DNA from: a bacterium
GTDB lineage: Bacteria > SAR324 > NAC60-12
DNA length: 20,280 nt
Direction: 5' to 3'
Assembly (NCBI GenBank): GCA_965233585.1
Contig: CBDDTI010000213.1
Coordinates: forward strand, 1-20,280
Part shown: piece by piece, positions 16,855 through 20,280 of the stretch
How the letters are laid out: every line of letters begins with the position of its first letter
Position numbering within the stretch: position 1 is the stretch's first letter
The notes under the pieces: generated by a model
What the model saw: only the letters and a program-made list of their open reading frames with translations
Told to the model about the DNA's origin: nothing
Databases searched by the model: none
Made by a program: the position numbers and the translations under genes

Positions 16855-18061
16855 TCACTTGCTGCCGAGTTTGGCATTGACGGGGAAATCCAGACCTTGA
16901 CACAGCTCCACCAAACTCTCGGTAAATTCATCCAACTTGTGCAGAGGAAAATTCATTCTAATTATCTTGGTGCTGTGGCTTTTGTTGTTGTCGTTATACT
17001 GCGGAAAAAGATTGTTTACGCATTTTTCCACCTAATTTTTTCTATTTACATTTTTATTTCGCCTTACCTGCTCCTTGGAGACATAAAATACAGGCCACAC
17101 GCTAAGGCCCGCAGCACGCTGGATATGCCTAACGCCACTAACTCCAATTACCATCCTAGGATTAGATGCAATCACTTTGCTCATCGGGGCAAAAGGCAAG
17201 CTCACCGATCGCGATGACACCTCCTTGTTTTTAAAAGCCTCAATAAACTTTTTCATGGTGGCTGGATTTGGGTAGATGTACTGTTGAGCAAAACAGTGCA
17301 AAAGTTTTTAAACAAAATACGCTAAACTGAATTTGAACTGTTTTACTCACCCCGTCGTCTCCAATAAAATATTGTTCGCGATGGCTGTGGCTTTCTAGCC
17401 ACTTGGAAAAGTTTACCTCTGCGGTTTTTACGCGCTCGTTAACATCCCATTTGCAAGGTCGAAACAACTCCTCTTGCTTTTTCCTTGACAAATTAATCCC
17501 ATCCACCTTGGACGAAACCGGCTCCGGCTCGGCATAGTTTTTTCTTTTTGAATCTGGCAATTTCTTTTTGCCTGAATCGGGCCTGGGTCTTTTTTTCGCG
17601 CAAAACGGCTTTCCTCGATCCTCCATCTCCGGTTCTTCAATATCAGTCGGCGCATCGTCATCATCATCGTCATCGACATCATCCTCATCATCATCTTGGG
17701 CGGCATCAGACTCGACATCGTTATCATCGTTATCAGAGCCGTCTCGCATGTTCTCTGAGCCGGATTCTTCAGACTCGTCATCGCTTGAATTCTCATTGTC
17801 TCTCATATCCTCATCCTTTTCCATGTCTGAGTCGGAATCTTCTAATTGCTTATGTCCTTTGTTCGCAGACGGCGAACGGGATTTGGCAAGTTTACTACTT
17901 TTTTGCTCTTTGGTGTAAACTTTTGACGTTTTTTCAACGAGGCTTTTGTCGGACGGTGTCTTTTTCGTGACCTTTTTATGCGTGGACTTCCCCTTTTTTT
18001 TGTAGAAGATCGTCTTGCTGCCTTTGCCATTGCTTTCAGTTGATGTAGTCAATTTACCCAT
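16855..18061 (-). CDS. Spliced 3-exon gene (~355 aa): K-rich and acidic N-terminus, globular C-terminus; exons 18061-17351, 17280-17068, 16998-16855
   Basis: Phase-0 introns GTGAGT...CAACAG (17350-17281, 70 nt) and GTAAGG...TTTTTCCGCAG (17067-16999, 69 nt) join ORFs 17240-18106 and 17032-17301 and a 47-aa last exon in frame. TATA upstream and minus-strand AATAAA at 16724-16729. Confidence 0.75.
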
Positions 18062-18141
18062 GATGCGACCGATGTTTTTCTTAGGTGTGGGTGTAAAGCC
18101 AGTCAAAATATGATTGGTGTTTTTCTAAAGTACAAACGAGC

Positions 18142-18261
18142 TTTTTATACTATTTTGGATCATATTATGGCAAATGCTAGAATATTCTTGATGGAGTTGA
18201 GGTAAAAAGGCGCAAACTTTTATTCCAATTTAAGGGAAAAAAGTTCTGGAAGAAACTAGAA
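18142..18261 (-). promoter_or_regulatory. Putative TATA box with upstream degenerate heat-shock-like elements
   Basis: TATAAAAA on the minus strand at 18142-18149, 80 bp from ATG 18061. TGCtaGAAtaTTCttGAT at 18175-18192 and TTCtgGAA at 18244-18251. Confidence 0.45.
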
Positions 18262-19086
18262 AAATCGAAAAGCAATTATTTTTCATAAAGGTTTGGAAAA
18301 AATTTAAAAATGCTCATTTCTATAATTTTTGTCGGTAAAATGAGCTGAAATTAGCGCATCTTTTGTAAAATGATTAATTTTTCCACTTTTACATCCTGCT
18401 GCCTTGGCACGTGCTTTTTTTTTTTTTCTCACTTCAGCTAATGGTTTTCTGCTTAATGGTTTTCAACGCTAATCTTCTTCTTCCAGAAAATTGTCATTCT
18501 TTAATCTTTGACCGCAAAAAAGGGAGGTGTAAAGACCTTCCTTTTTGCCGATTTATTTTAATGGGTGTGCTGCTAAAAATTGGCTGTTGTTTAAAAAGAA
18601 AAAACAATTTTTAGCAAACACTCTACCCCATATCTTGTCATTAATTTGCTCCAATTTCGGCGCTTTTGCTTTAAGCCTTAATGCATGTGCGGAAAAATGT
18701 ACAAAAATAAAGGAAAATTGCATGGAAAACACAACCTGACGTCAGGTTGCTGGGATAAAAGGATTAACAAGAAGGGTTCAAATTTTCTCCAAAATTAATT
18801 ATCTTTTCAAAAAACTGGGTTTAATTTTTGCGCCTTTTTTCTACTATTAAAAAGTTTACATGAATGACCCTTTTTTGGATAAGGAGTCATTCTAAAATCT
18901 AAACTGAAACCGAAAAGATCCTGGTTTTATCTTATTGACACTTTGAAAAATCGTAAGTAGACAAAAAAGTCTTTACAATTTTTAAACATTGAATTTTTTG
19001 AAAAAAATATTTTTAACACAAAGTTGGTTAAAGTCTTAAAATTTTTTACACAGAAAAAATTGAGCTTACGCAAAAAAAATTTTTAA

Positions 19087-19273
19087 CAATAGAGATTGGG
19101 GACCAGCTGATCGCGCCAAGGCCTAAAAGTGATCAAACAGATGGCGCTGATGTCACAGACACAGAGTACTATTATATACATTTACCCTTCTCGTACCCCT
19201 TCTCGTACTGCTCTCGCTTGCATCAGCGCCATCTAACGTATTTTTTTAGAAGCTTGATCCCCAAAGACTATTG
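19087..19273. mobile_element. Small MITE-like palindromic element flanked by ~55-60-bp imperfect direct repeats
   Basis: Ends CAATAGAGATTGGGGACCAGCT versus reverse-complemented CAATAGTCTTTGGGGATCAAGCT, and a perfect inner inverted repeat AGATGGCGCTGATG (19139-19152 / 19221-19234). TAAAGTCTTAAAATTTTTT...TTGAGCTTACGCAAAAA occurs on both sides. Confidence 0.6.
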
Positions 19274-19356
19274 CTTAAAGTCTTAAAATTTTTTAACACA
19301 AAATTGAGCTTACGCAAAAAATTTAACCACATTTCAATCACCCTGCTTTCTAGACA

Positions 19357-20169
19357 ATGCCGAAAAATAAGGAATCAAAGTTAAATGGTTTAAAGAGGTG
19401 TGGACCTTTTCAAATAAGGCTGGGAAGAAGGACACCAACAAATCAAGTCTCGGTCGAGCTCATATCGCCCGTGTCAAGTGTTGATAATGCGAAGCCGACA
19501 TCCGGTTGTTCCACCATCGCACTACCTTCAAACTCACCAACCCCTTCCCTTTCAACTTCTTTTTTTCAAATAAGAGCCGAGCCTCGATTAACTGAGCCCC
19601 TTTTAACCTCTACGCCAAACACTTCGTTCAGACCGGCGTATTACAGCCCCTCGGCTCTCCCTTCGCCCGTACCATCGCCGGTCTATTCAATGCCCGCTCC
19701 TTTTCGTCCTCTTCAACCAGACACATTCCTACCAGGCCCTCCAACTCCGACTCCACCGAGACTATCAACCGTGTCTCCAACGGCTGTGTCTGTCCCGCAA
19801 TCACCAATGTATTGTGACATGAGGTCTTTGCGGGCTCAGCTAAGGCCGATCCGCCCAGCACCAGTAACAACTCCGCTTTTCGCAGCACCACCGCGACTCG
19901 TGATCCCCGAACCGCGAGGAGCAAGGGTGTTACGATTACCGGGCAGATCGGTAAATGGGGGCCTCGACTTGAGGGTAAACCGCGCCTGTCCGGATTCGCA
20001 GGTTTTTTCTGATAAATTAAAAACAATTTTAAGTAAAGTGTCACCCCTGCTCGTATTTTACGAGTCGCAGGGGGAAAATTTATTTTTAAACCCGTCAATT
20101 CGGGAATTGTATAAAAAAAATTTAATCGAGGTGCAAAATATTGTAGAAAGTGCAAATAATTTGTTGTAA
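19357..20169 (+). CDS. Hypothetical Pro/Ser-rich protein with helical C-terminus
   Basis: 270-aa uninterrupted ORF with a basic N-terminus, long P/S/T-rich low-complexity middle and amphipathic C-terminus. No family recognised. Confidence 0.6.
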   Translation: MPKNKESKLNGLKRCGPFQIRLGRRTPTNQVSVELISPVSSVDNAKPTSGCSTIALPSNSPTPSLSTSFFQIRAEPRLTEPLLTSTPNTSFRPAYYSPSALPSPVPSPVYSMPAPFRPLQPDTFLPGPPTPTPPRLSTVSPTAVSVPQSPMYCDMRSLRAQLRPIRPAPVTTPLFAAPPRLVIPEPRGARVLRLPGRSVNGGLDLRVNRACPDSQVFSDKLKTILSKVSPLLVFYESQGENLFLNPSIRELYKKNLIEVQNIVESANNLL

Positions 20170-20280
20170 ATATAATAATTGCATGAGTGTGTGTATATAC
20201 ATATATAAGATTAAAAGATAAAACATTTTTACTTTTTCCAGAAAAGTTTAAAAGCGAGAGAGAAAAAAGAATGACGCACA

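Larger units (their letters stand above)
6980..20280. mobile_element. Endogenous Polinton/Maverick (adintovirus-like) element, partial; boundaries approximate
   Basis: Tightly packed intact ORFs for rve integrase, penton, two major capsid proteins, adenain protease and a cupiennin-like protein. CpG is visibly more frequent than in the left flank. Termini, pPolB and ATPase not seen, and membership of 18100-20280 is uncertain. Confidence 0.88.

Noticed and set aside
17156..17205. Possible extra 50-nt intron GTGAGC...CCTAG in exon 2 of the spliced gene
   Set aside because: Splicing it gives a stop after five codons, while the unspliced frame stays open to the GTAAGG donor.
17428..17970. Overlapping ORFs 17428-17796, 17548-17970 and 17568-17918
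   Set aside because: Alternative-frame or antisense shadows of the GAT/GAC acidic tract.
19628..20155. 175-aa minus-strand ORF
   Set aside because: Antisense to the longer Pro-rich ORF, with no independent support.

Overview
AT-rich eukaryotic (probably animal) genomic DNA in two parts. Bases ~1-6930 are decayed host transposon DNA: a frameshifted DD37E Tc1-like element (1917-4218) carrying a nested CACTG-terminated insertion that itself holds a MITE, plus pogo/Tigger-type and hAT-type MITEs. From ~7000 onward lies a gene-dense, apparently intact endogenous Polinton/Maverick (adintovirus-like) element. It encodes an rve integrase with a chromodomain, a penton-like minor capsid protein, two paralogous major capsid proteins, an adenain-like protease and a cupiennin-like core protein. 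The most unusual feature is an adjacent, intronless, divergent TBP + TFIIB gene pair inside the capsid module, with no RNA polymerase gene in the window. Other points of note: a doubled penton domain, a 3-exon gene missed by the ORF track, and heat-shock-element plus TATA promoters on the outer genes. No pPolB, packaging ATPase or element termini were found in the window. All protein calls come from motif recognition by eye, not database searches.
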